In this document: piece after piece, positions 50,867 to 61,100 of the stretch
Numbering within the stretch: position 1 is the stretch's first letter
Layout of the letters: every line of letters begins with the position of its first letter
Assembly (NCBI GenBank): GCA_003223415.1
Contig: QHUY01000015.1
Location: forward strand, 109,819-173,818
Source of the DNA: Gemmatimonadota bacterium
GTDB taxonomy: Bacteria > Gemmatimonadota > Gemmatimonadetes > Gemmatimonadales > GWC2-71-9
Direction: 5' to 3'
DNA length: 64,000 nucleotides
Made by a program: the position numbers and the translations under genes
Notes under the pieces: generated by a model
What the model saw: the letters and a program-made list of their open reading frames with translations, nothing else
What the model was told of the DNA's origin: nothing
Databases searched by the model: none

Positions 50867-52227
50867 CGGAGCTCATCCTCCTCAACCAGCGCTTTGAGGT
50901 GCCGCAGCACCCGCCCATGGATCGCCGCGACGATGCGGCCGGCGGGCAGCGTCCAATAGCTCTGCGGGAACATATCCACGACGTACGTCGTCCGCCCCTC
51001 GAGCCGCGTGCGGCCGCCGGGAAGCGCCGTGAGCAGAAACTCGCCGTGGGTCGCCCGGAAGTACCCGTCCAGGTGCGGAGGGTTCACGTCCCGGTAGGGG
51101 CTCCACTCGCGCATCGGCGGCGCCTGGGCGGTGATGTCGAACGCGAGCCGGCGGTTCGCCTCCCACGCGGTGATCGGCTCGATGAAGCTGCCGGTCGTGA
51201 AGTCGCAGTAGCGCGTCGCCCCCGCTCCGGTGCCGACGATATGCGCGCGCAGCGGCGCGGCCACTCCGATCCGGAACACCCATTCGGTCGGCGGCGGCAG
51301 ATCGGGGAACGAGACGACGCGACGCCACACCACGTCCGACGGTGCGGCGACCTCCACCACCGTCACGACCTCGTGGACGGCCGGCGCGACGTGCGGCTCG
51401 ACCAGCACCAGCAGCGGGGCGACGAGGGCCGCCATGCCGGTCCGGCCGGGCGGCTCGACGCTGCGCAGCGCGATCGCCCGGCCGAATACTCCGCCGACGA
51501 TACCCACGGGGATGGCCAACGGGAAGGCGAGCGCGAGGCAGAACGCCCCTTCGGCGGCGAACAGCAGCAGGACGCCGGCGGCGAGCACCAAGCTGATGAC
51601 GACCACCTCGTGCGTCTGCCCCGCGGTCCGCGGATGCCGGTAATTGAAGACGTGCGCGCTGACCGAGCCGACGGTGAACGGCGTGCCGAGGAACAGACCG
51701 GCGGAGTAGCTCTTCTTCACGTACACGCTGAAGAGCACGGTGGGAATCGCCACCGCGAGCGCAGCCGCGACGCCCAACAACCCGCTCTTCAGCCGGTCGT
51801 CGAGCACCGGGATGATCGGCTCGCGCCACGGGCCGGGGACGCGTGGTCTCGAGGGAAGCAGGCTCAGCGCGGCCATCAGCGCGTAGTTCACGACCGGGAC
51901 GAAAAACAGCAGCGCCAGCCACGCCGACCGCCCAGCGTCCAGCGCGCGGCGCATCGACATTCCCACGCCGACCCAGAGGAACGGCAACGTCCACAGCGCC
52001 AGCGCGAGGACAGCCCACGTCGGCACGCCGCGCAGGGCTTGCTGGCGCATCGTCCAGACGGGATTGAGGTAGTCGAGCGGGGTGAACAGCCGCCCGGTGA
52101 ACGCCCCGACCACCGCGGCGTCCATCAGGTACTTGCACGCCATCAGTCCGGCCCCGTTCAGGACGTACGTGCGCCGGTCGACCGGAGCGTCGAAGCCGAA
52201 CCAGAGGCGTATGCGGGCGGCGAGCAT
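50863..52227 (-). CDS. multi-pass membrane protein with a C-terminal SRPBCC (START/Bet v1-like) domain
   Basis: About 8 TM helices, then VEVAAPSDVVWRRVVSFPDL...RYCDFTTGSFIEPITAWE...THGEFLL, typical of the SRPBCC fold. Overlaps the downstream gene by 4 nt. Confidence 0.55.
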   Translation of the reverse strand: MLAARIRLWFGFDAPVDRRTYVLNGAGLMACKYLMDAAVVGAFTGRLFTPLDYLNPVWTMRQQALRGVPTWAVLALALWTLPFLWVGVGMSMRRALDAGRSAWLALLFFVPVVNYALMAALSLLPSRPRVPGPWREPIIPVLDDRLKSGLLGVAAALAVAIPTVLFSVYVKKSYSAGLFLGTPFTVGSVSAHVFNYRHPRTAGQTHEVVVISLVLAAGVLLLFAAEGAFCLALAFPLAIPVGIVGGVFGRAIALRSVEPPGRTGMAALVAPLLVLVEPHVAPAVHEVVTVVEVAAPSDVVWRRVVSFPDLPPPTEWVFRIGVAAPLRAHIVGTGAGATRYCDFTTGSFIEPITAWEANRRLAFDITAQAPPMREWSPYRDVNPPHLDGYFRATHGEFLLTALPGGRTRLEGRTTYVVDMFPQSYWTLPAGRIVAAIHGRVLRHLKALVEEDELR

Positions 52228-52236
52228 CTCGACTGC

Positions 52237-54390
52237 CTACATCTTGCTCAGCAGTGTCTTGAACCGGGGGACGCCGCGCAGCGAGTCGAGATCGGGATCG
52301 TTCTCGAGCCACTCGCGGTGCCCGAACCCGTTGCGGATCGCTTTCTCGAGGCAGGTGAGGGCATCGTCGGTCTGTTCCAGGAACGCGTATACGCAGGCCA
52401 CGTTGTAGAGAACCCCGGGGTCTTCCGGATCAATGGCGCATGCGCGCTTCGCCCACTCGAGGCCCCGCTCCCGCTCGCCGATCTGTACCAGGGCACCCCC
52501 GCCCAGATAAAGAGCGCGTGCGTCGTCTGGGTTGAGCTCGAGGTGCTTCTCGGCCAGCTGCAACCCCCGCCGCTGGGCCACCGCAGCGTCAGCCTTGCGG
52601 CCCAGCCCCTTCAAGGGCGCCTGCATCAACAGCTGCGCCTGATAATCCTCCGGCCGCACGCGGCACGCATCTTCGTAATGCCGTACGGCGTCCTCCAGCT
52701 TGCCCTCCTGCATGCAAGCGCGCGCATACAGATAGTGCGCTTCGTAGAGCTTGGGGTTGAGCCGGATGGCCGTCTCGAATTCCCGGCGCGCCTCGAGGTA
52801 CTGCTGGCGCAGGGTCAGGGCGAATCCCCGCGAAGCATGGGCCTCGGCGAGGTCCGGGGCGAGCTCAAGCGCTTTGCGGCTCGCGGACTCCGCGCTCTCG
52901 AGGTTCGCCTTGCTGCCGTCCCAGTACATGTAGAGAAACGAACAGCAGTCGGCGACCCCGGCATAGGCGAGCGCGTAATTCGGATCGATCTCGATCGCGC
53001 GCTCGAACATCCTGCGCGCGAATTGAATCCCCGTTCTCCGGAACTGGTGGAAAAACTGGCGCCCGCGCAGGTAGTAGTCGTACGCCTGCACATTCTCGGT
53101 CGGGGCCTTCTCGATCGCCCGCTTCTCCTCCTCGCTCAGGACCACTCGCAGCGCGCGCACGATGTTCTCGGAGATCTCGTCCTGGATCACGAACACGTCT
53201 TCGAGCTGGCGGTCGTACCGCTCAGACCACAGATGATAGCCGTCGGCGACGTTTACGAGCTGGGCCGTCACACGCAGCCGGGTCCCGGCTTTGCGGACGC
53301 TACCCTCCAGCACGGTCGCGACCTTCAACTTCCGGCCGATCTCCCCGATGTCCTCGTTCTTTCCCTTGAACGCAAACGACGACGTACGGGCCGCCACGCG
53401 CAATGCCTGGATCTTGGTGAGGGCGTTGATGATCTCTTCGGCGATGCCGTCGGTGAAATATTCGTTCTCGGGGTCGGCGCTCATGTTGACGAACGGGAGC
53501 ACCGCGATCGATTTCGGGGCACTCGCGCCGGCCGGCGTTCCCGGCGGGGTCGAGCCGCTGGAGGGCCACGCGAGCGCCTGGGCGAACTGGGCCGCCGTCG
53601 CGAAGCGATCCGTGGGGGCTTTGGCCAGCGCCTTCCGCACGGCCTGGTCCAGCCACTCGGCGACGTCCTCCCGGTGTTCGCGGAGCGACGGCACCGGTTC
53701 CGTGAACAGCTTCGCGATGATCGCCTGCGCCGTCGTGCCGGTGAAGGGCGCCGTCCCTCCCAGCATTTCGTACAGCATGGCGCCGAGGGAGTAGACGTCG
53801 CTGCGGCCGTCGAGCTCCGCCTCGCCCGCCGCTTGCTCCGGGCTCATGTAAGCCGGCGTCCCCACCGCCGTCCCGGTCTGCGTCAGGTTGTCCGCGGCTG
53901 CGGTGACGGCCTTGGCGATGCCGAAGTCGGTTACGACCGCCTCGCCTTGGTGCAGCATCACGTTCTCGGGCTTGATGTCGCGATGCACCACGTGGTTGCG
54001 ATGGGCGTAATCCAACGCCGCGGCGACGGCCCGGGCGATCTGAATCGCGTCCTCGACTGGCAGCCGCGGCTCGCGCGCCAGACGCTGGCGCAGACTCTCC
54101 CCCTCTACGTAGGGCATCACGTAGTAGAGCAAGTCCTCGGCTTGCCCTGAATCGTACAGTGGCACGATGTGGGGATGCTGCAACCGGGCGGCGATTTGGA
54201 TCTCGCGCAGGAAGCGGTCGGAGCCGAGACTGACCGCCAACTGGGGATGCAGCACCTTGACGGCCACCGGCCGGTGGTGCCGAACGTCTTGCGCGAGGTA
54301 GACGGTCGCCATGCCGCCCCGACCGACCTCTCGTTCGATGGCGTAGCGGTCGACGAGGGCCGCTTGCAGACGGTCTAAAAGCTCCGGCAT
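52237..54390 (-). CDS. Ser/Thr protein kinase with a periplasmic-type middle domain and C-terminal TPR repeats
   Basis: Start MPELLDRLQAAL at 54390. Kinase motifs VAVKVL, HRDIKPENVM, DFGIAK and GTPAYMSPEQ. SIAVLPFVNMSADPENEYFTDGIAEEII, followed by multiple TPR units. Confidence 0.85.
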   Translation of the reverse strand: MPELLDRLQAALVDRYAIEREVGRGGMATVYLAQDVRHHRPVAVKVLHPQLAVSLGSDRFLREIQIAARLQHPHIVPLYDSGQAEDLLYYVMPYVEGESLRQRLAREPRLPVEDAIQIARAVAAALDYAHRNHVVHRDIKPENVMLHQGEAVVTDFGIAKAVTAAADNLTQTGTAVGTPAYMSPEQAAGEAELDGRSDVYSLGAMLYEMLGGTAPFTGTTAQAIIAKLFTEPVPSLREHREDVAEWLDQAVRKALAKAPTDRFATAAQFAQALAWPSSGSTPPGTPAGASAPKSIAVLPFVNMSADPENEYFTDGIAEEIINALTKIQALRVAARTSSFAFKGKNEDIGEIGRKLKVATVLEGSVRKAGTRLRVTAQLVNVADGYHLWSERYDRQLEDVFVIQDEISENIVRALRVVLSEEEKRAIEKAPTENVQAYDYYLRGRQFFHQFRRTGIQFARRMFERAIEIDPNYALAYAGVADCCSFLYMYWDGSKANLESAESASRKALELAPDLAEAHASRGFALTLRQQYLEARREFETAIRLNPKLYEAHYLYARACMQEGKLEDAVRHYEDACRVRPEDYQAQLLMQAPLKGLGRKADAAVAQRRGLQLAEKHLELNPDDARALYLGGGALVQIGERERGLEWAKRACAIDPEDPGVLYNVACVYAFLEQTDDALTCLEKAIRNGFGHREWLENDPDLDSLRGVPRFKTLLSKM

Positions 54391-54406
54391 CGGCCCACCC
54401 ACGGTC

Positions 54407-56512
54407 TCACGACGCCTTGGCCTCCAGCAGCTCCTTCTTCCGCGCGTCGGCAATCTTCCCCGCCACCTCGGGGGGTACCTCCTGATAAATGTAGAACTTC
54501 TGCCGATAGGTCCCGCGCCCGTGCGTGATCGAGTGCAGCGACGTCGCGTAACGGTCGAGCTCGGCCTCCGGCACGTGCGCCCGCACCTTCGTGAGTCGCC
54601 CGTCGGGCTCGGTCCCCAGGATCTGGCCGCGCCGCGACGACAGATCCCCCATCACCGCCCCCAGGTAGTCCTCAGGCGTCCACACCTCCAGCTCCAGGAT
54701 CGGCTCGAGCAGTGTCGGTCGCGCGTTGGGAGTCACATTCCGGAAGGCGAGGATGCCGGCCATTTTGAACGATTGCTCGTTCGAATCCACGTCGTGGTAG
54801 GAGCCGTCGTACAGCTCCACCTTGAAGTCCACGACGGGGTACCCCGCGATCGGCCCCCGCAGCGCCGCCTCGACGATCCCCCGCTCCACCGCCGGGATGT
54901 ACTGCCGGGGAATCACTCCGCCCACGATCTTGTCCTCGAACACGAAGCCCGAGCCGCGGGGCAGCGGCGCCAGGCGGATCCAGCAGTCGCCGTACTGGCC
55001 CCGGCCACCCGTCTGCTTCTTGTGCTTGCCCTGCCCTTCGGCTCTTCCCTTCAGCGTCTCGCGATAGGCGATCTTCGGCTTGGTGACGTTGGCATGGACG
55101 CCGAACTTGCGCGCCAAGCGCCCCACCACGATCTCCAAATGCCGCTCTCCCAGGCCGCGGATCAGCGTCTGGCCGAGCTCGGCGTTGAACTCGTGGTGGA
55201 AGGTCGGGTCCTCTTCGTGGAGCTTGTGCAGGCCGGTCGACAGCTTGTCCTCCTCCCCCCGCTGCTTCACCTCCACGGCCACCGTGATGACCGGCTCGGG
55301 GAAGGGGATCTTGGGCAGGACCAGCGGGTGCTCCCGCGAGGACAGGGTGTCGTTGGTATGCGTGTCGCGGAGCTTGGCCACGACGCCGATGTCCCCGGCG
55401 CGCAGCTCGGCGATCTCGGTGCGCTCCTTCCCCACCGCCACGCACAGGTGGTTCAGCTTCTCCACGGCCTCGCGGGGCGCGTTCCAGACGTCCTGGCCGT
55501 TCCTCACGGTGCCGGAGAACACCCGGAAGTAGGTGACGTCCCCCACGTGGGGCTCGGAGATGGTCTTGAACACCTGGGCAGCGAGCGGGCCGCCGTCCGA
55601 GGGACTCAGCGTGACCCGCTCGGCGCTGCCCCACTTCTGCGCCTCGAACGGGGGCCGGTCGGCCGGTGAGGGGAGCAGCTCCGCGATCTTGGAGAGCAGC
55701 GCCCGGGTGCCGTACGTGAGCTCGGCCGCGCCGCAGAACAGCGGGAAGATCTCGCCCGTGCCCATTCCCTTCTTCATCGCGGCGATCGCTTCGTCCCGCC
55801 CGATCTCCTCACCCCCCAGGTACCGCTCGAGCAGGGTATCGTCGCTTGCGGCGATGCTCTCGATCAGCTCCTGCGAGTACTTGTCGAAGCGGCTCCGGTA
55901 CTCATCCGGCACGTCCACCTCGTCGTACTCCCCCGTCTTGGTCCCCTTCTTGTAGAGGTGGCACTTTCTGGAGAAGAGGTTGATGATCCCGTGGAACTCC
56001 GGCCCTTCGCCGACCGGGATCTCCACCGGGATCACCTTCGGGGTGAGCCGCTGCTTGACCTGGGTGTAGACCTTCTCGAAGTCCGCGTGCTCCTTGTCCA
56101 TCATCGAGACGAAGATGATCCGCGGCAGCCGGCGCTGCTCGCAGTAGTCCCAGACCTTCTCGGTCCCCACTTCGACGCCGGCGGCGCCCGCGAGCACAAC
56201 GACCGCCCCGTCGGCCGCCCAGACGCCGGCCAGCGCGTCGCCGGTGAAGTCCAGGTAGCCGGGGGTATCGATCAGGTTGAGCTTGGTGTCCATCCACTCG
56301 GCCACCGCCAAGGCCAGGTTGATGGAGTACTTGCGCTCGATTTCGTCGGGGGTGTAATCGGTGAGGGCGGTGCCGTCCTTGACGGACCCATGGCGTTTGC
56401 TCGTGCCGGCCACGAACGCGAGGGCGTCGACCAGAGATGTCTTGCCGCTCGCGCCGTGGCCCACGACCGCCACGTTGCGGATTTCTCCTGTCTTGTAGAC
56501 ACGCATGCTCAC
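54407..56512 (-). CDS. elongation factor G paralog (EF-G2-like translational GTPase)
   Basis: G1 motif VVGHGASGKTS (not the canonical AHIDAGKT), DTPGYLDF, and EF-G domains II-V. It is not in a str-operon context. Confidence 0.85.
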   Translation of the reverse strand: MSMRVYKTGEIRNVAVVGHGASGKTSLVDALAFVAGTSKRHGSVKDGTALTDYTPDEIERKYSINLALAVAEWMDTKLNLIDTPGYLDFTGDALAGVWAADGAVVVLAGAAGVEVGTEKVWDYCEQRRLPRIIFVSMMDKEHADFEKVYTQVKQRLTPKVIPVEIPVGEGPEFHGIINLFSRKCHLYKKGTKTGEYDEVDVPDEYRSRFDKYSQELIESIAASDDTLLERYLGGEEIGRDEAIAAMKKGMGTGEIFPLFCGAAELTYGTRALLSKIAELLPSPADRPPFEAQKWGSAERVTLSPSDGGPLAAQVFKTISEPHVGDVTYFRVFSGTVRNGQDVWNAPREAVEKLNHLCVAVGKERTEIAELRAGDIGVVAKLRDTHTNDTLSSREHPLVLPKIPFPEPVITVAVEVKQRGEEDKLSTGLHKLHEEDPTFHHEFNAELGQTLIRGLGERHLEIVVGRLARKFGVHANVTKPKIAYRETLKGRAEGQGKHKKQTGGRGQYGDCWIRLAPLPRGSGFVFEDKIVGGVIPRQYIPAVERGIVEAALRGPIAGYPVVDFKVELYDGSYHDVDSNEQSFKMAGILAFRNVTPNARPTLLEPILELEVWTPEDYLGAVMGDLSSRRGQILGTEPDGRLTKVRAHVPEAELDRYATSLHSITHGRGTYRQKFYIYQEVPPEVAGKIADARKKELLEAKAS

Positions 56513-56576
56513 CTCCGGCCCAGGGGAGGACTATTATGGACCGGCGGGACCCAGACGGCTAGGCGACGATGTGGGC

Positions 56577-57116
56577 TTACTTCACCCGGGTGTCCGTCCC
56601 CTCCCCCGCGAGCGTCCACGCGCCCCCGGCCATCGACATTTCAAACTTCCAGCTATAGGAGTCCGCTGAGAGCTGCTTGATGGTGTAGCGGGACTTCACG
56701 GTTTGCCCACCCATCAGGGATTCCCCTTCCCAGTTCCAGGTGTCGCCCGCCAGCTCACCGTACGCCGGGTCGCCGAAGCCCGAGTTATCGATCCCGTAAT
56801 ACGTGTAGCGCTTGCGCTCGCCGCTGTATCCCAGAATCCCGAGTCCGTGCATGGGGCCCGTCGGGCCCGCGCCGTCCGAGTGGCAGACGAGATGGAAGCC
56901 GCCCGGGAACCACTCGCAGGTCGACGTCGCGGTCATCTTCCCCCCCGGTCCCATCGGCCCGGCTTTCATTTCCCCCACCTCGGTCCAGCGGCCGGCGAAG
57001 TAGGCGAGCTTCTGGTGCTCGGGGCCTGGCTTGGGCGGCGCCGGCGCCTGGGCGCGAAGCAGTGGCGCGGTGGCGAGAGCGAGCAGGGTGACGACAGCGG
57101 CGCTTCGAGCGAACAT
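56577..57116 (-). CDS. secreted DUF1579-like protein
   Basis: Start MFARSAAVVTLLALATAPLLRAQA at 57116. GRWTEVGEMK...CEWFPGGFHLVCH pattern. Confidence 0.55.
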   Translation of the reverse strand: MFARSAAVVTLLALATAPLLRAQAPAPPKPGPEHQKLAYFAGRWTEVGEMKAGPMGPGGKMTATSTCEWFPGGFHLVCHSDGAGPTGPMHGLGILGYSGERKRYTYYGIDNSGFGDPAYGELAGDTWNWEGESLMGGQTVKSRYTIKQLSADSYSWKFEMSMAGGAWTLAGEGTDTRVK

Positions 57117-57185
57117 GGTAACCCCCGGTGGAATGTTGGAGGGCGGAATATCACGCAGTCGCGCCCGGTCCGCCATTGGCCGGCG

Positions 57186-57521
57186 CTAAGCTCCCGGCCG
57201 GCGGCCCAGCTGCGTGCTGGCCCACAGACCGGCCGCGACGGCCGTCTCCGGCGTCGGACCTTCGAAGCGTTTCACCATGATCGCCGGTCGGCCATCGCGC
57301 AGCACCGCGACCATGTGCAGCATCGCGACTTGGTCCTGGGCCGGGCGGTACTGCAGGCGCAGCTGGGCGCCGCCCGCCTCCCCCTTCGAGCCCAAGGGGA
57401 TCCCCGGCTGCACGCGGCGGTTGTACTCGTCGAGCCACGCCTGCAGCACGTCCATCGCATCCTTTTGTGGCCCCCCCTCTCCTCTCCCTTCCGACTCCGC
57501 CATGCGCGTCTCCTTTCTCAC
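57186..57521 (-). CDS. hypothetical small protein (105-111 aa)
   Basis: The GTG at 57521 overlaps the upstream stop (GTGA); an alternative ATG is at 57503. No recognised motif. Confidence 0.45.
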   Translation of the reverse strand: MRKETRMAESEGRGEGGPQKDAMDVLQAWLDEYNRRVQPGIPLGSKGEAGGAQLRLQYRPAQDQVAMLHMVAVLRDGRPAIMVKRFEGPTPETAVAAGLWASTQLGRRPGA

Positions 57522-58093
57522 CCTCTGGAAGTCCGCGGTTGGAAGCGCTCCAGGATGATGTCCGACCGTCCAGCCTCCAGGAGCCGGTAGCGTGTCTGCC
57601 CCCCCCCCACCTCAGGATCCCGATCCACCACCTCGACGAGGTAGGCCGGGAGCCACGCCGGATAATGGCCGGGCGCACCCCAGCCGCCCAGATCCAACGC
57701 ACGCCGACTGTCGACCAGGCGCAACAGCGCCACGCCGCGCTCAGCCGCCGCGCGCAACGCATCGGGCGTGAAGTCCGCCGTGCTGAACAGCAGGCCCACC
57801 TCGGCCCGAGCCTCAGCCAGCCGTCCCGCCACGCTCTCGACCGCCTCCGGCCCGACCGGGCCCTCCTGCCGCCGGCAGGCGATCAGACCGGTTCGCCGCC
57901 ACTCTCCCCGGCTGAGCCCCGCCCGCAGCTCGAGCAGGAACCCTCGCTCCGGCTCCGGCAGCTCCGTGCGCCGGTGGATGCGCAGGTCGGCGACCTCGAG
58001 GCCGACCTTCCGGAGCTCGCGGACCACGAGGATCTCGTAATAGTCGGGCGTAACCGGCGGGAGGTGGGGGGAGGGCTCGGAGGAGGGGGGCAT
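57518..58093 (-). CDS. restriction endonuclease-fold (Mrr_cat-like) protein with a substituted active site
   Basis: This is the C-terminal 191 codons of track ORF 57518..59419, starting at MPPSSEP (58093). YEILVVRELRKVGLEV...ERGFLLEL...LIACRRQEGPVGPEAV...LLFSTADFTPDAL aligns by eye with the Mrr catalytic core. Confidence 0.55.
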   Translation of the reverse strand: MPPSSEPSPHLPPVTPDYYEILVVRELRKVGLEVADLRIHRRTELPEPERGFLLELRAGLSRGEWRRTGLIACRRQEGPVGPEAVESVAGRLAEARAEVGLLFSTADFTPDALRAAAERGVALLRLVDSRRALDLGGWGAPGHYPAWLPAYLVEVVDRDPEVGGGQTRYRLLEAGRSDIILERFQPRTSRG

Positions 58094-58183
58094 ACTACCT
58101 GTAACGCTACCATCTCGTAACAGGCGACTCAACGGAGTTCGCGCCCCGCCCGGGCGCTTCAGTTTGAGCCGGACTGGGGAGGG

Positions 58184-61100
58184 TTGCGGATTCCAGAGCC
58201 CGCCAGTCGGCGGGATTTCCTCAGGGTGTCGGCCGGGGCCGGCGCGGGGACGGCCCTCGGCGGGCTCGTCGGTCTTGGCGCAACGCTGGCGCCAGCCACG
58301 GCGCGGGCGCAGGAGCTGCGGATCAAGGACGCCACGACGACGCCGAGCATTTGCCCCTTCTGCTCGGTCGGGTGTGCGACCCTGATCCACACGGTGAACG
58401 GCAAGATCGTGAACATCGAGGGCGATCCGCGCAGCCCGCACAACGAGGGCACGCTGTGCCCGAAAGGTGCCGCGATCTACCAGCTCCACCTGAATCCCAA
58501 CCGGGCCACCAAGGTGTTGCACCGCAAGCCGGGCGCCTCGGACTGGGAGGTGGTGGAGCTCGAATGGGCCATGGATCGCGTGGCCGAGCTCGTGAAGAAG
58601 ACCCGTGACGAGACGTTCATCGAGCGCCTCCCCAACGGCAAGCTCGTGAACATGACGTCCGCCCTCTTCGCGCTCGGCGGCGCGACCCTCGACAACGAGT
58701 TCAACCACGTGTGCCAGAAGTTCTGGCGCGGGCTCGGGGTCGTCGCCATCGAGAACCAGGCCAGGATATGACACAGCTCTAGCGTCCCCGGTCTGGGGAC
58801 ACGGCTGGGTCGTGGCGCGGCGACGACGTATCCGCGCAACCTGGAGCACACCGACTGCTTCGTCATCATGGGATCGAACATGGCGGAATGCCACCCGGTG
58901 GCGTTCCGCTGGCCCGTGAAGGCGAAGCTCAACGGCGCGAAACTCATCCACATCGATCCGCGGTTCACGCGGACCAGCGCGCTGGCGGACCTGCACGTCC
59001 CGATTCGCGCCGGGAGCGACATCGCGTTCCTCGGCGGGCTCATCAACTACGTGCTCCACAGCCCGCGCTGGAACACGGACCCCTTCTTCAAGGAGTACGT
59101 GGCCAACTACACCAACGCGGCCACGATCATCAACGCGGACTTCAAGGACACCGAGGATCAGGAGGGCGTGTTCTCGGGGCTGGTGCAGTTCACCGAGCCG
59201 CCGTTCTGGCCTTACAACGGCCTGCTCGGCCGCTACGACAACGCCTCGTGGCAGTACCAGCGGGGGCCGAAGGCCGCCGGTCCGGCCACGAAGGACCTCG
59301 TCGCCAGGCGCGCCGGCCCGCCGTTCGACGACCTCGTGCGCTCGCTCCGGCCGGGCCCCGCCGACAAGGACCCCACGCTGCAGCACCCACACTGCGTGCT
59401 CCAGCTCATCAAGCGGCACTACAGCCGCTACACGCCGGAGATGGTCGAGCGGGTGTGCGGCTCACCCAAGGAAAAATTCGTCCAGGTGGCCGAGGCGCTC
59501 CTGGCGAACTCGGGTCGAGACCGGACCAGCGCGTTCGCCTACGCGGTCGCCTGGACCCAGCACACCTACGGCGTACAGATCATCAGCTGCTGCGCGCTGC
59601 TGCAGCTCCTGCTCGGCAACTTCGGCCGTCCGGGCGGCGGCATCATGGCGCTCCGCGGCCACGCGGCGATCCAGGGCTCGACGGACGTCCCCACGCTCTA
59701 CCACAGCATCCACGGGTACATGAACGCCCCCTCGGCGCTGCGGCCGCACGAAACGCTGCGCGACTACCTCGCGGCCGAGACGACGCCGACCGGGTACTGG
59801 GGCAACTTCCCCAAGTTCATGGTCTCCTACCTCAAGTCCATGTACGGCGCCGCCGCGACGCCGGCGAACGACTTCGGCTACGACTGGCACCCCAAGATCC
59901 TCGGCGACCACTCCCACATGGCCATGCTGGCCGCCATGGCGGAGGGGAAGGTCAAGGGCATGGTGGTGGTGGGCCAGAACCCGGCCACGTCGCTCAACGG
60001 CACGGCGACGCGCCGCGCGCTACGCCAGCTCGAGTGGCTCGTGGTCAAGGACAACTGGCTCACCGAGACGGCGACGTACTGGTACCTGGCGCCCGAAGTG
60101 AAGAGCGGCCAGGTGCGGGTCGCAGACAACAAGACCGAAGTGTTCTTCTTCCCCTCCACGCAGATCGCCGAGTACGACGGCAGCTTCACGAACACCCAGC
60201 GCATGCTGCAGTGGCACTTCAAGGCGTCGGACGCGCCGGGCGACTGCCGGACCGACTCGTGGTTCTACCACAACCTGGCGAAGCGCCTGAAGAAGGCCTA
60301 CGCCGCCAGCACGGCTCCCCGCGATCAGGGGTGGCAGCGCCTGACCTGGGACTTCGACCCGGATCCCGGCGAGAAGCCGCTCTACCCGGGCGAGATCAGC
60401 GCGCTCAAGGTGCTGCGCGAGATCAACGGGTATCAGACCGCCGACCCGACCCAGCATCTCAAGGGCTTCGCCGAGCTCAAGGACGACGGCTCGACCACGT
60501 GCGCGTCCTGGATCTACTGCGGCTGCTATCCGGCCCATGACCAGAACCTCACGGCGCGCCGGGAGCCCGACCCCCCCGGCGTGCCCGGCGCGCACCTCAA
60601 GTGGGGCTGGGCGTGGCCCGCCAACCGCCGCGTCATGTACAACCGCGCCTCCGCCGACCCCCGCGGGCAACCCTGGAGCGAGCGCAAACGGTGGATCTGG
60701 TGGGATGCGACGTTCGTGAATCCGCCGGATCCCAAGACCGGCGTGGTGCCCCCCCGCGGCAAGTGGGTCGGCTACGACGTGCCGGATTTCGGCGCCACCA
60801 AGGCCCCGGACGCGAAGCCGAAGCCCGGGAGCATCGGCCTCGACGCCCTGTCGGGCACCGACGCCTTCATTATGAAGGGCGACGGCCGGGGCTGGCTGTT
60901 CGTGCCGGCGGGACTCGTGGACGGCCCGCTGCCGACGCACTACGAGCCCCACGAGTCGCCGGTGCAGAACCCGCTGTACCGGCAGCAGACCAGTCCCGTG
61001 CACAAGGTGTGGTCGAAGGGGAAGGACTGGAACCCGCTCGCCAGCGTCGGGGACCCGAAGTTCCCCTACGTCATCAGCACCTACCGGCTCACCGAGCACT

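Noticed and set aside
58094-58183. Direct repeat GTAAC-N13-GTAAC and a gcgccc/gggcgc hairpin in the divergent region upstream of fdnG, considered as a possible regulator-binding site.
   Set aside because: The motifs are too short and too unspecific to support without comparative data.
57518-59419. 633-aa minus-strand ORF overlapping the fdnG 5' half.
   Set aside because: Only the last 191 codons (from Met 58093) look like a real protein (Mrr-like fold). The remainder is antisense to the clearly real fdnG gene.
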